Shown: one piece after another, positions 49,215 to 61,310 of the stretch
Layout of the letters: each line of letters starts with the position of its first letter
Numbering within the stretch: position 1 is the first letter of the stretch
NCBI GenBank assembly: GCA_949358305.1
Contig: OX442314.1
Coordinates: forward strand, 31,558,001 to 31,622,000
Length of the DNA: 64,000 nt
From: Strigamia acuminata
Lineage: Eukaryota
Reading direction: 5' to 3'
Position numbers and translations under genes: made by a program
The notes under the pieces: generated by a model
Told to the model about the DNA's origin: nothing
What the model saw: only the letters and a program-made list of their open reading frames with translations
The model's database searches: none

Positions 49215-51157
49215 TTGCTTTTTTGCTATAGTTTCCAAGTCCTCTAATGGCTTTATTAAATTCGGAAATATAATTTCTCTGCATTTGGAATAATGCAATA
49301 AATAGAGAATCTAGTGGTATTTCGTTCCAAGCTATTACTTCTTTGATCACAGAAATTTGAAATTCTGGCAAAAGCTAGAAATGTATCCAAAAGTTTTTTC
49401 ATTTCCTTCAAGCTTGGTGAAAATGTTGATGTCATCTGACGGAGAGTGTTGCAAAAATCACATTATGTGCCACGTGTTGATGGCTACCATTACTTACTGT
49501 CATTACTTTTTAATTCTCTTCACTAAAATAACTTTTTCATGTGAAATAAGTAAGGCTGATCCGAATCGCTTCACAAAGACGATGATGATGACTTTTCACA
49601 CTTAAGACAAAGACCACGAACATAAAAAAAACCAAGTTCGAGTTTACTAACACATACTCATATTTTTAAAAAAAAATCAGAAAATCGGATTTTCGGAAAT
49701 TGTTAATTGTTCAATAACAATTATTGTATGCGAAACATGTTTGAATCTTGTCATTACTTTTTAATTCTTTTCACTAAAATAACTTTTTCGTGTGAAATAA
49801 TGAGATCCTAGTTTACTGTTCTTGTTTTTATTTCAGGGTGTGGTAATGGGAAAACCCGATCGAACACCACTTTCTTTTCAAAATGTAATCTTAATTATCA
49901 AAAATAAAAATAAACATAACAGAATGTTAGATGTGACCGAAATGAGACAGGCCACGCGCTTGTCATCTGTGTTGTGTCATTTTACAAAGTAATTGATTAA
50001 TTAGCAGAGAGTAATTAATTTTTAATTAATTGTTAGTTAATGTGTACCTTTTTTCTTTCTTTTCAAAGAGTGAGATGTCATGTACGTTTTGGTGCAAAAA
50101 TGGCACCAAAATGGCTTCTCTCCTGAGTGAGAGACCATGATGTGTTTTTATAAAAGCTGTACTTGGGCATACTCTTCGGCCCACAAAGAGCATTTAAATA
50201 GTCTGTCTCTTGTGTGGGAAACCATGTGTGTACTCATGTGAAATTGCAATTCGTTATTTCAAATTGGTCGATCGTTTCACAGTCTAAAAGCATTTCAACA
50301 TCATTAACACACACAGAGTATAATCGGTGGATTTCGCAAGCCAAGTTTGGATATTTGTTAAAATGTGATTCCGACAAAAAATCATATTATCAGTTCCAAT
50401 GACTGACGTAAACGAGTTAGTGATGGAAGGTTCCCGGTCAGTCGTAATCAGAATGGATTGGTAAGACGATAAGCCCAAGCATCTATTTGCTATTCTCCAA
50501 AAAGCCTCGTAAACCAATGTTGTTTTTGTCTCTTGGAACATAAATAAACAGGGAAAAATTGGATTGCCAATTAGTTCAATATTTCTAACGACTAGTACAC
50601 TAACATATGCATCTGTACAGTTAAATGTCGTATCGTAGGAAATAACCTGTCCAATGTCGTGATTTTTTTTGGCTTTTTTTCAACAATCGGTCGGCAAGCG
50701 TTATAATCAAAAGATTTCCAAAGATGACGATTGTAGTCGGAATTAATTCAAAGTGTAGAATGGCCCCTCCAAAATCTTGTTTCCAAAGTTCCATAAGAGA
50801 AAAAATTTTACATTGCAAAATGTGAGTTGCTCTCCAAATTGCAAATTGCACATTCTTGACTTGCTTAATATCGCGTGGTGCCAATGTCGGTTTGAGATCA
50901 TTGAAATGTTCTGCTAGTTCTTTTTCACATGCTTTCAAATTCTGCTGGTATATTTTTTTTGGTTTAATCAGATCGGTAACTTTTTCTTTAATTGTGGCCA
51001 GGACAGATTTCGAACTACCGGTAGTAACAAAAATGCGATCGGTCGCAGAAGAATTACCGTGAATTCGAGGAACAATAATCGATTCATCTCCAGCATAATG
51101 CACCAAGACATAGTGGCCTTTCATTTTTGTTGGGTCAAATGTGTCGGGAGGGTCCAA
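49215..51157 (-). mobile_element. Second degenerate MULE-like transposase, interrupted about 49380-50150
   Basis: YVLVHYAGD...PRIHGNS, PRDIKQVKN, ITTDREPSI, IFCRNHIL, W.EIPLDSLFIALFQMQRNYISEF.KAIRGLGNY. Confidence 0.7.
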
Positions 51158-51578
51158 TAAGAAAAACTCGTTATTACATTGCCTAGCAACATATCTGCTT
51201 CAGTCAGTACAAACAAATTTTCCGCGGTGAGATGGGGATATTCCGGAAGTGGCGGTGCTGGTTCCATCCCGTCCCCCTGTCCTTCTTGTATTTCAACAGT
51301 GTTGGCTACGGCACGATGTTCCTCGTTGTTTCGTCGATATCTCTCAATTTGTGATTTAAAGGCTTGAAGATTAATTCATTTACTTTAGATACATCTTTTT
51401 AGAACTGTACACATATATCAATGTAAAAATTAATTTTATTTTAATTTTCAAACATTTTTTTTTTTTTGTAATTTTTTTTGATGAATTTTTTTTTTGTTAT
51501 AAATAAATTACATTTTATTTTTAAAAAAAGTTATTAAATTTTTCAAAAATATTCAACTATTATTCAATAATTATACCT

Positions 51579-51663
51579 CTACAATAAGGAAAAACACTAT
51601 TTATACAATGACACCTCTACAATATGGACAAATTCTTCTTCTGTTTAACCACCAATTTAGACA
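51579..51663 (-). repeat. Duplicated 3' end of the RING-H2 gene (copy of 54597-54677)
   Basis: Near-identical acaataaggaaaa...tacaatgacacct.tacaatatggacaaattcttcttctgtttaaccacc.atttagaca. Confidence 0.85.
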
Positions 51664-51664
51664 T

Positions 51665-52170
51665 TTATTTTGTTATTTTTTTAAATTTCAAGTTTTTTAA
51701 GAGAAAATTCTTGCGTTTACAAGACAAATTGCGCGTCCGCTCTGGGCAGCTGCGTCGAAGCACGTCCTGCCTCTCGAATTCCAATTCCTCATCAGTTGGT
51801 GTCGGTTCCATGCTGCGAAAGCATCCCCCTGCCTTCGGTTTAACAGGTACGGCAGGCGGCGGTATCTTGACCTCCGAATAAACAGCTTTTTTCTTCTTCA
51901 TTTCCTCCCCGGTTGACAAGGGGGACGGAGGAAGAGGAGGAGGAGAAGGTGGAGGGGGAATCGACTTGATGGTTGTGTCGGACGCACATGCACTCGGTGG
52001 AAACGGAAGAACTACGTTTCCTCTTAATAAAATCAAAATAATCAATCAAATAAATCAATTTTTTAAAAAAAAAAAGAAAAACAATTAAAAAATTTAGCAT
52101 ACCGTCGGACAGGGGTGTCATAAACAGGGAGTGGAGGCATCAAAGGAGGGTCCTCATTTCGTCTATATGA
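51665..52170 (-). pseudogene. Orphan proline-rich mini-gene family B (paralog of 59047-59360)
   Basis: EELEFERQDVLRRSCPERTRNLS..RKNFLLKNLKFKK versus EEIAFERMDALRRSCPSLTRVLS.RRSDMFRKNLIFRKK. Confidence 0.65.
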
Positions 52171-52723
52171 ATAAAGAAAAAGATTAAAAAATAAAAGGCA
52201 GAAAAGTAAAAAAATTAATAAAATATATTTTACCGTAATTCCAACAAGGCATCGTCGCATGCCATTTTCACATCCAACAGAAATTGTTTCAGGACAAGTT
52301 CACTCATGCTGCATGTAGAGTAGCAATAAGATAGAGAATGAGCAATTCAATCGAAAGAAATCAAACATTGCGCAGAAGATGGAACAGGTGTTGTTTTTAC
52401 TTTAGCATCCTGCATAAAAAACAACACAGATGAAATTCAACTCATCTTATTTTTTTTTTTTTAAATTATTGATATTATTATTATTATTATTAAAAAAGAA
52501 AACGTCCCATCCATTCCTCCTCCTCGCCGAAGTGATCTGCTGCTTAAAAACTTAATTTTTCGTAAAAAATAAAAAATAAAAGAAAGCAGTATTGTTTTTT
52601 CATTTTATTAGCGATGTTTTACATAAAAATGTGAACAATTTTTTATTCGAAATAAGAAAATTGATTCTGTAAAAATAAAAAAAAAATAAAAATAAATAAA
52701 TAAATAAATTGCATAAAAATAAA

Positions 52724-52757
<34 letters not shown>

Positions 52758-52761
52758 TCAT

Positions 52762-52950
52762 TTAATCGTGAGGACACTCTATTTCTGCGCGACGAATTCG
52801 TCGCCCAATTTGAGCGTTAGTCAGCTCTCTAACAATCCTGACCGAAATGTAATGATTGTTGTCGTGTGCTCGCACATCAACAACACGTACCCAGTAAACC
52901 CTGGCGGCACATCGTCGCGAATTGCTTTGCATCGTTCTAAAATGGTGCAA
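52762..52950 (-). CDS. Orphan mini-gene family A exon
   Basis: Similar to 22080-22320. A 29-nt T run (A on the coding strand) lies 7 nt past the stop. Confidence 0.45.
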   Translation of the reverse strand: MHHFRTMQSNSRRCAARVYWVRVVDVRAHDNNHYISVRIVRELTNAQIGRRIRRAEIECPHD

Positions 52951-53144
52951 AAATTGAATTTTGTCAGGTCAATTAAAAATTCTTAAAAGTACTTACCATA
53001 TTTATATATGACTCATCGGCGTTCATTTTCGATTTGAGAATGAATGCTTTTTCCTTTTTTCATATCACCTCTAATTATTTTTGTTTACTTATTGACAGGA
53101 AAGCACTAATTGGTCCACGTCAATGTCCCCCTTTTTGTTATGAG

Positions 53145-53214
<70 letters not shown>

Positions 53215-53901
53215 GACATTATACACAAAAGAAAATAAGGACTTTGTCAAAAATTTAACCAAATAATAAAAGAATTTTGAGTGAATGAATGAATTTCTAC
53301 ATCCAATCCAATCCATAACAGGAAATGTGAATTTTGAACATTTTTAAAACTAAACGTCAGGAAATACAGTTCAATTACTTGTACGACCATACGGACGCTT
53401 CTTATCACCCGGAGAAAAAACAAAAGCGAAACAAGTGCATTTAAAAGAAAAATGGATCGGGAAAACGCTCCGTGCAAAAAATTCAAGCGAGATGTGAATA
53501 AACATTGTAATTAATTTGAACTTTTTTTAATAAAAAGTTTACATTTTAAAAAATCCAATTGTAAATAATTTTTTACACATATCACAAATCACGTATCACA
53601 ACAAGAAAAAATTGAAAAAACATGACACCACGGGTTCAGTCTGGGAAAATCAAATCTTTAATAGGCACGGTTTTTTCGGTTGAGAAAAAATAAAAGCTGC
53701 TCGGTGTAGTGCAGGGATAGAACTTGCAGTTATTTTCGCTGTAATAAACTACAAAAATAAAATAAAATAAATATATAAATAAATAAATAAAATATTTTTT
53801 TCATATACCACCAACGCCGATGCCCGCAAAGAAAAAAACAATCGCGATTAAAAAAGATCTACTCATGAAGATGAGAAATAAGATGATTCTACAAACCTAG
53901 A

Positions 53902-53932
<31 letters not shown>

Positions 53933-54614
53933 TGTATTTTTCATTAAAAAGTTAAAATTTAGCAAACCTTATTAGTTCTTATTGTCATAAATCGCTGCTC
54001 TGGTACAATATCACTACCGCTGTCATCTTCCCTCTTGTTGCATACAGTAGCACAAACCTAGAGAAAAAATGAGTTGTAATTTTTTATTACGAATTAAGAA
54101 TTTAATAAACCTGAGTTCGCAATGGCTCCTGCATAATGTTAGTAGCGGCTTCCACATCATTGTGATCGATGGTTATGACAAAATCCATTGTTGTTTTATG
54201 TACAAACAATGAAAAAAAGCACAGAGAAAAAAGCAGAGAGAAAAAAGGAGAGAAATCAAAACAAGGAAGTAGAAGAGGAGGAAAAGTGGAGGGAAAAAAT
54301 CACAACACCGCTGCAGAGTGGTGCACCCTAGCGTGAATTATTAGCAACGATTAGCACAAATTTTGAATTAAAAAACAAATAAAATACAGATTTAGGATCT
54401 ATAGATCTCGGATCTATATTTATAGAACCATATTAGTGGATCCATAAATCAACACTCATAACAAAACCCAAAAATTAGAGATCTATAAATCCACAGATCT
54501 ATAAAATCCGGATCTATAAATCTGGATCTATAAATCTGGATCTATAAATCTGGATCTATAAAAACAGCCACTGATCTATACACACCCTATAACTACTTAC
54601 AATAAGGAAAAACA

Positions 54615-55694
54615 CTATACAATGACACCTTTACAATATGGACAAATTCTTCTTCTGTTTAACCACCGATTTAGACATGCACTGTGAAAAATATGACCAC
54701 ACGAAATGGTTGAAATTCTTTCACCATCCATCATTTGAAATAAACATATTGCACATTCCACTTCGAGTGGATGAGGAAGAATGTTATTAACAAAGTGTAG
54801 TTCTACTGGTTCTGCTACATGATTTACCTCAACAACATGCTGTTCCTGTTGCTCCAATTCTTCAAATTCATGATGATGTTGTTCTTCTAATTCCTGATGA
54901 TGTTGTTCTTCTAATTCCTGATGATGTTGTTCTTCTAATTCCTGATGATGTTGTTCTTCTAATTCCTGATGATGTTGTTCTTCTAATTCCTGATGATGTT
55001 GTTCTTCTAATTCCTGATGATGTTGTTCTTCTAATTCCTGATGATGTTGTTCTTCTAATTCCTGATGATGTTGTTCTTCTAATTCCTGATGATGTTGTTC
55101 TTCTAATTCCTGATGATGTTGTTGTTCTAATTCCTGATGATGTTGTTCTTCTAATTCCTGATGATGTTGTTGTTCTAATTCCTGATGATGTTGTTGTTCT
55201 AATTCCTGATGATGTTGTTGTTCTAATTCCTGATGATGTTGTTCTTCTAATTCCTGATGATGTTGTTCTTCTAATTCCTGATGATGTTGTTCTTCTAATT
55301 CCTGATGATGTTGTTCTTCTAATTCCTGATGATGTTGTTCTTCTAATTCCTGATGATGTTGTTCTTCTAATTCGTCATGTTGTTGTGCTATTTCCTGATG
55401 GAGATTTTCTTCTAATTGCTCATTTTTTTCTACTAATTGCCGATGTTGTTCTTGTAGTTGCTGTCTTATTTGTTGTTGATGCAATTGTACGTTGGTGGTC
55501 GATTTTTTAATTTGTACAGCCGCCATATGACGATTTTCGTGTCTTCTGCACCGTACACAGGCTATCGCACTACTCCCTTCTGGCAGGCTATCTCGTACCA
55601 TTTGACAAGTTGCTAAATTTGAATGAATTAAATTAAATAAAAAATAAAAAATCGCGCAGCTGTTTTTGCTGCTTTGCTTCCCGAAATTCTTCAT
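54615..55694 (-). CDS. RING-H2 E3-ligase-like protein with ~21 HHQELE(E/Q)Q repeats
   Basis: C-terminal CAIC...CGHIFHSAC..W...CPYC; 24-bp in-frame tandem repeat. The true start may be spliced or at Met 55600. Confidence 0.8.
   Translation of the reverse strand: MKNFGKQSSKNSCAIFYFLFNLIHSNLATCQMVRDSLPEGSSAIACVRCRRHENRHMAAVQIKKSTTNVQLHQQQIRQQLQEQHRQLVEKNEQLEENLHQEIAQQHDELEEQHHQELEEQHHQELEEQHHQELEEQHHQELEEQHHQELEEQHHQELEQQHHQELEQQHHQELEQQHHQELEEQHHQELEQQHHQELEEQHHQELEEQHHQELEEQHHQELEEQHHQELEEQHHQELEEQHHQELEEQHHQELEEQHHQELEEQHHQELEEQHHHEFEELEQQEQHVVEVNHVAEPVELHFVNNILPHPLEVECAICLFQMMDGERISTISCGHIFHSACLNRWLNRRRICPYCKGVIV
54868..55375 (-). repeat. 24-bp coding tandem repeat
   Basis: tctaattcctgatgatgttgtt(c/g)t repeated about 21 times. 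Confidence 0.95.
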
Positions 55695-56196
55695 TACTCC
55701 GCTCTAGTAGGTGCCTTTCAGCCTCGCACGTTGCAGGGCAATCTTTATAGTACGCGTAATCTGCTCTCGTTTGAGCTAAACTCTAAATAAACGATAAGAA
55801 AAATAAATAAGAACAAGAATATACGACGACTGACATGGTGGAGTATTAAGCTCACCTTTGCAATTCCAGCCCCTTACGCCGCAAATTCTCAAATTGTACG
55901 AATTGCGTCTGCGTGACTGCGTGTCGATCACCGTTCGATTCAGTTGGCTCAGTTGGCGTGCATCGTACCGATAATATCGATAACCCGCTACACAGTACAA
56001 CCTGGAAAGTTTAGACAGGTTTATCTATGTACAATTATACTATAAGATACTGTTGAAGTTTTGCTTTTTTCCCCAGTCACTTACTGACACTCTTGGTCTA
56101 TTTTTTGGATCGAAATCCCGCAATCTTCGAGCTTTACGATTATCTTGTTTTTTTACTTTGAGTGGACCTTTTTTTACACAAAGCTAAATGTCAATT

Positions 56197-56556
56197 GTTT
56201 TAAAAAGGAATAAATTAAATTAATTTCGTTTTAAAAAGGAATAAATTAAATTAATTTCGTTTTAAAAAGGAATAAATTAAATTAATTTCGTTTTAAAAAG
56301 GAATAAATTAAATTAATTTCGTTTTAAAAAGGAATAAATTAAATTAATTTCGTTTTAAAAAGGAATAAATTAAATTAATTTCGTTTTAAAAAGGAATAAA
56401 TTAAATTAATTTCGTTTTAAAAAGGAATAAATTAAATTAATTTCGTTTTAAAAAGGAATAAATTAAATTAATTTCGTTTTAAAAAGGAATAAATTAAATT
56501 AATTTCGTTTTAAAAAGGAATAAATTAAATTAATTTTGTTTTAAAAAGTAATAAAT
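56197..56556. repeat. 31-bp AT-rich minisatellite (~11 copies)
   Basis: gttttaaaaaggaataaattaaattaatttc head-to-tail. Confidence 0.95.
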
Positions 56557-57514
56557 TAATACTTTAATAATGGGAAGAACGGAAAACTGTTGTGAAAAAT
56601 TGAATAAACGAATTGAGTTGGACTAAAAAAAAAATTTTTAGTTTTCATTCAGTGGTTTCGGTGGTTTGCACGCTGACCCCGTCTGGTCAGGACAGGGGTC
56701 GCACTTCGGGAACATCGGTGCCGTGGCCATCGTTTCGGGCGGCGGAGGTGGGAGACGGAATGGCTGTTACACCGTCCGCCCATACCAGAGGTATCTCGTC
56801 ATCATCTGGGTTGGCGGCAACGAGCGATGACCAGTCCGTAAAAACCACGGTCCGGGCCACCTGAACGTTTTCAGTGGATGTTGGGGGAGACTAGGGAGTG
56901 GTACGTGGCGATGCGGTTGAGGATAACAAGTCGGGGTGAGCAACAGTCACTGGGGGTGGCACGTTTATGTTGAGGGATGGGGGCGGTGCTTCCATTTCGA
57001 ATGGTGACAGCAAGGGAGGTGTTTGAAATACCGTGCGCGTGATTGTGACTCGTGACTCGAGCCCGCGGACCGAGTTCGGATGCCCCACGCAGGAGCCGGG
57101 CATCGGAGTCTTGCTGACAGTGGATGGACGCAGGAATAAAAACAGGATGGCTGTCATAGTGGCCAACCACACCGCCCGATGAGCAGTGCCTAACAGAATT
57201 TGCAGCACCTGTGGAAAAGGGATAAGTTTTACAATAAATTAAAAGAAACAAGGAAAGAACAAACGACATAAAATGGAGGGAAATGACCTAAAGATAAACT
57301 GCATAAGGGAGAAGGAGAAAAAAGGAGTTGAAAAGAAAGGCACAATTGACCGGGCAGCTAATTTAGAGGTAACAACGTCTCGGGGGTGGAGGAGGTTGGG
57401 GATCTGTAATACGACGGTAATCCTCCTCTGAGGGAGGTGGCAATGGGAGTTGGGCTTTGGGATCCAACTCAACTCCCTCGAAAGTAGGGTTGGAAACCTG
57501 TAGTCCGGAGTGTG

Positions 57515-58200
57515 GGGTGGATGTCGTTTCTTAGTTGCAGTTGAATCATCATATCGCATTGCCTTCAAAAGCTCTGTAACAGAATCATTGATTGCTTCTT
57601 TGACTTCTTCTTCTGGCTCAGAACATGGCACTTTGCTAAGCACCGTCTCACGATCCATTGGAAAAATTGAACATTTTGCAAATCCAGCTATAATGTTGGC
57701 TGATTGTGTAGGCTTTATTTTTTTAACCAACTAATTTAGAAGCCTTGGAAATTTATCTTTTGAAACGGAACATTCTTTTCTTCCATGGCCAAGTTTTCAG
57801 GCTGTGAGAATTTGACGCCAAAATATTTTTAAGGGCCGGAAAAATGCCACATCCAGGGGTTGGGTTATGTACGTCAAGTTGGGAGGAAGGAACACAAATA
57901 AAATTTTGTTTTTTTCACACAGTTGAACAATATGTGGTGACATGTGGCTTGTTGATAGGTTGTCACCTATGAGCAACTTTGGTCCATCTAGCTTCTTAAA
58001 ATATGGCAGCATGATTTTCTCGAACCATCCAGATTTACTTCTGTTACATCGAGCATGCGGAGGACCATCATGTGTCCAAGAATCATATAAAATCTTGGCC
58101 TTGTACACTTGTACACTTGTGCTCATGCACGCTCGATGTTTTGGCAAAACCTTTCAGAAAGTTCTTTGCGATGGCGTTTTAGGAAACTAATAACGCACTC
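57515..58200 (-). mobile_element. pogo/Tigger-like DDE transposase pseudogene fragment
   Basis: SFLKRH...LSER (HTH end), SKSGW, LLIGDNLS.SH, FLPPNLT..TQPLDVAFFRPLK, NIIAGFAKCSIFP. Confidence 0.85.
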
Positions 58201-59017
58201 TTCCTGGCATATTATCAGAAATTTTTTTGATTTTTTCCCCATTTTGTCCAAGTATGACTTTACAAAACAATCAGTTGAAAAGTTTGGGTAATCAGATTTT
58301 CCTGCATGCATCATTTTGCTATTATTCATGATTGCAAAAGCCATCATCAAATTCTGCAAACCTGTGTCATACTTATATACCTTGCAAAATATCTCATTCT
58401 GGGAATTTCACACATGTACAAATGTATCATGGATGTTATCGGGTTGCCAAACTCCCCAAAGGTTTTGATGATTTTGAACTCTGCCGGAGTAGTCAATGCT
58501 TTCCATCCCACACTCAAAACGAGAGATGTATGCATTTCCTTTTCAGCCATGATTTGGGCTGTATACTTTGCAAAGGCAGAAGACACTCTTGTGGCAGTGG
58601 GGGTGGCATCTGTGATCTTTGCAGATTCTTTTGGAAAAACGACAAGCATGTTCACATCATTGTATGACAGGGTGATTTTTGTCCCTCTGAGATTTGTCCT
58701 CTTTGCTTTGTCTGCCCCTATTTCGATCAGTTTCAACCCAATCATTTTCTTGGCCAGATCACTGTCTAGCCCAGTATATCCTTCAGATGAAAACCAGCGA
58801 CCTGAGAATATGGTAGACTATAATCTTTGGCAATGACCACAGTTGCAGTTGATGTGTTTTTCGTATAAATGTCTGCAGCAGCAATGATCCTCAGGATGTT
58901 ACTGTTATTCGCGTTTTGGGCCTTGTCACTGAGTGCACCTGCAACAGTATTGAGACGATTTTTGCAGTTAATTATTCCAATTCCAATTATTCCAATTTTT
59001 TTGTAGCAGTCCTCCAT
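58200..59017 (-). pseudogene. Possible endogenous negative-strand RNA virus (bunyavirus-like) nucleoprotein fragment
   Basis: Intronless, frameshifted ~270-codon frame. TATRVSSAFAKYTAQ resembles the phlebovirus N motif TLSRVAAALAGWTCQ. Single-motif evidence only. Confidence 0.4.
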
Positions 59018-59046
59018 ACTAGCAATTTTTCTTGTAAAACATTAAA

Positions 59047-59360
59047 TTAAAAAAAAAATGAACCATAACAGCTTTTTTTTTTTTTTTTTTTTCGAAAAAT
59101 TAAATTTTTGCGGAACATGTCGCTCCGGCGGGTGGATAGTACCCGTGTCAGCGATGGGCAGCTTCGCCTCAGTGCATCCATTCTTTCAAAGGCGATTTCT
59201 TCCTCGCTCGGAACGGGGATCGCCCCCGGTTCGCGGGCCTTGGCTGGTTTCGGCAATGGCACAGGTGGGCCCTCTTGCTTCGGTTTCCACGGTGCAGGAA
59301 GTCTTTTTTCAATCACGTCCGTGGGTGGAAGCAGCGGTGGAGGGGGAGGAGAGGATGAAA
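59047..59360 (-). pseudogene. Orphan mini-gene family B, second copy
   Basis: See 51665-52170. Confidence 0.6.
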
Positions 59361-60661
59361 CGTTTACTTCTTTTCTTTCATTTCTTTTTTAAAAGAAAGA
59401 AAGAAAAAAAAAACGTTATTAAAAATAAAAATAAAAAAAATTAAAAAGAAGAAAACGTTATTTAAAGAAAAGAAAAAAGAAGAAAACGTTATTTAAAAAA
59501 AAAGAAAAAAGAAAAATGTGATTAAAAAGAAAGAAAGAAAATATGATCGAAAAGAAAATACTATCTTTGTTTCGGGACATCGTAGATTTCCCCTCCTCTC
59601 TCTCTCTCATTCCTCCCTTCCTATAAATAAAATAAAAAGTACAAAAAACTAAAAAAATTTAATGAAAAATAAAAAAACATACTCAACTTCTTTTAAGTAA
59701 AAATTTATCAATTTGTTTCAGTCGGTATGGATGCTTCAAGTACGGTAACTTTAAATAATTCAAAAAAAAAAATAGAAATAAACGTTTTCATTTTAAAAAT
59801 AAAAATAAAAATAGAATTTCTTACCTTTATTTGCCTTGGCAATTTTCTTCTTCCTGCTCTTCTCGAATGATGATTCTGCAAATTTGCTCGTCTGACATGA
59901 TGCTTTTTATTTTTATGGCAATAAAATGCCTGTACAACTACTATGTACAACTAAGATAAAAAAAAAACGAATAATAAAAAAAAATATAACATGACCAGCA
60001 ACCAGTGAAACCATTGTTCAGTGGTCCGAGCACTACCACAGGGAGGTCGACAGTTAGATTTATTAGCCCCCATATAAGTTATTAGCCTCACAAAAATAGG
60101 ATCGCGATAGGGTAAATAACGGCGAAATTGATGTATTTCCATAAATAAACCTACAGTATCACGCCGAACGCTACTACGGTATAAACTCGAAAAAAAAACT
60201 TTGAAAATTTTTTGCGACAGATAACTTAGTGTTGGTTTCCTTTTACAAGCAGATGGCAAAAAAATCTACACTCAACGTTAATAGATGAAACTTACCGTAC
60301 CTTGTTGTGAATCTCGCAGTCGCGACAGTTGTGCTGATTATACTTGCTCGTATTCTTAAAACACTCCGACAGTTTGTGACCGTTTGGCCACCCTAGTGGC
60401 CTGTTAAAGATGAGTAGAATAAATGTTGGGTTTAATATTCCCACACGTCTTATACATTGAGTGGTGATTCAACAAGTGAAACAAAAAGAAGCAATGTCGC
60501 CAAAAATAGATCAGCGTCACCACGTGATACAATAAAAAATACAGCCTCAGTCAAGGTACATATAAATCACACATTAACCTCCCAGCAACTCAACAAATTC
60601 CCCCAATGCGTATTAATATGTGAACATCATAAAAGTCATACAACAAATTAAATTCCAATAC

Positions 60662-61284
60662 TGTGACCAGCTGCCCCTGCGCACGGGTCGCTGCACTGCA
60701 ACGGCAATGCACTTGGCGCAGCTCCAGCGCCTCTCGTATCTCGCGCAGCCTGTTGCGGTCCCCCGCAACCAGGTGGAGCTGCGGGCCTTTGGTCAAGCAG
60801 GATCGGGCCCCGGAAGTCGCCCTTCCGGAAGTGGTTGGTCCCCGTAGGGACAAGAGAGTTGTTGATCAACCAGCAAGGCGAACGGTCGTGTTGCGACCGC
60901 CTCCGAAACTGGCTATTGAGATAACCCAAACTATCGGCGTGGCGATGATATCGCCCGCCGGGACCTGAGCGTCCAGTTGCGCCACGTCCGCCGGACGTTA
61001 ACCGTAACTTCGGCGGCGTGGCCCAAAACCGATTACCGACCTCGTGTGTCATGGCGGCCGATGGCCGCCGTGCCACGCGGTCTGATTAGGGACGGTTCGA
61101 AGGAACCGCCGCCTTGGGAAATACACTATGGGACACTACAATCATACCCCTAGACATCCAATAAAGCCATAACTAAAACTATATTGTGTCTCCGTGTATT
61201 TCGTGGTTTGTTTTATCGTGTGTGTTGCGTCCAGCGCCTCCGTGGCTCTCCCCCGACCACGTGGCGTCCGTCCGAACACTCACA
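60662..61284 (+). repeat. Putative 5' LTR of element 2 (623 bp)
   Basis: TG..CA ends, preceded by ATAC, shares CATACCCCTAGACA..CAATAAAG with the element 1 LTR, followed by a PBS. The partner LTR is not in the window. Confidence 0.8.
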
Positions 61285-61285
61285 A

Positions 61286-61310
61286 TTGTGGGCCCGTCCA
61301 GGATTTTGAA
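61286..61310 (+). promoter_or_regulatory. Primer-binding site, imperfect tRNA-Pro complement
   Basis: TTGTGGGCCCGTCCAGGATTTTGAA. Confidence 0.75.
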
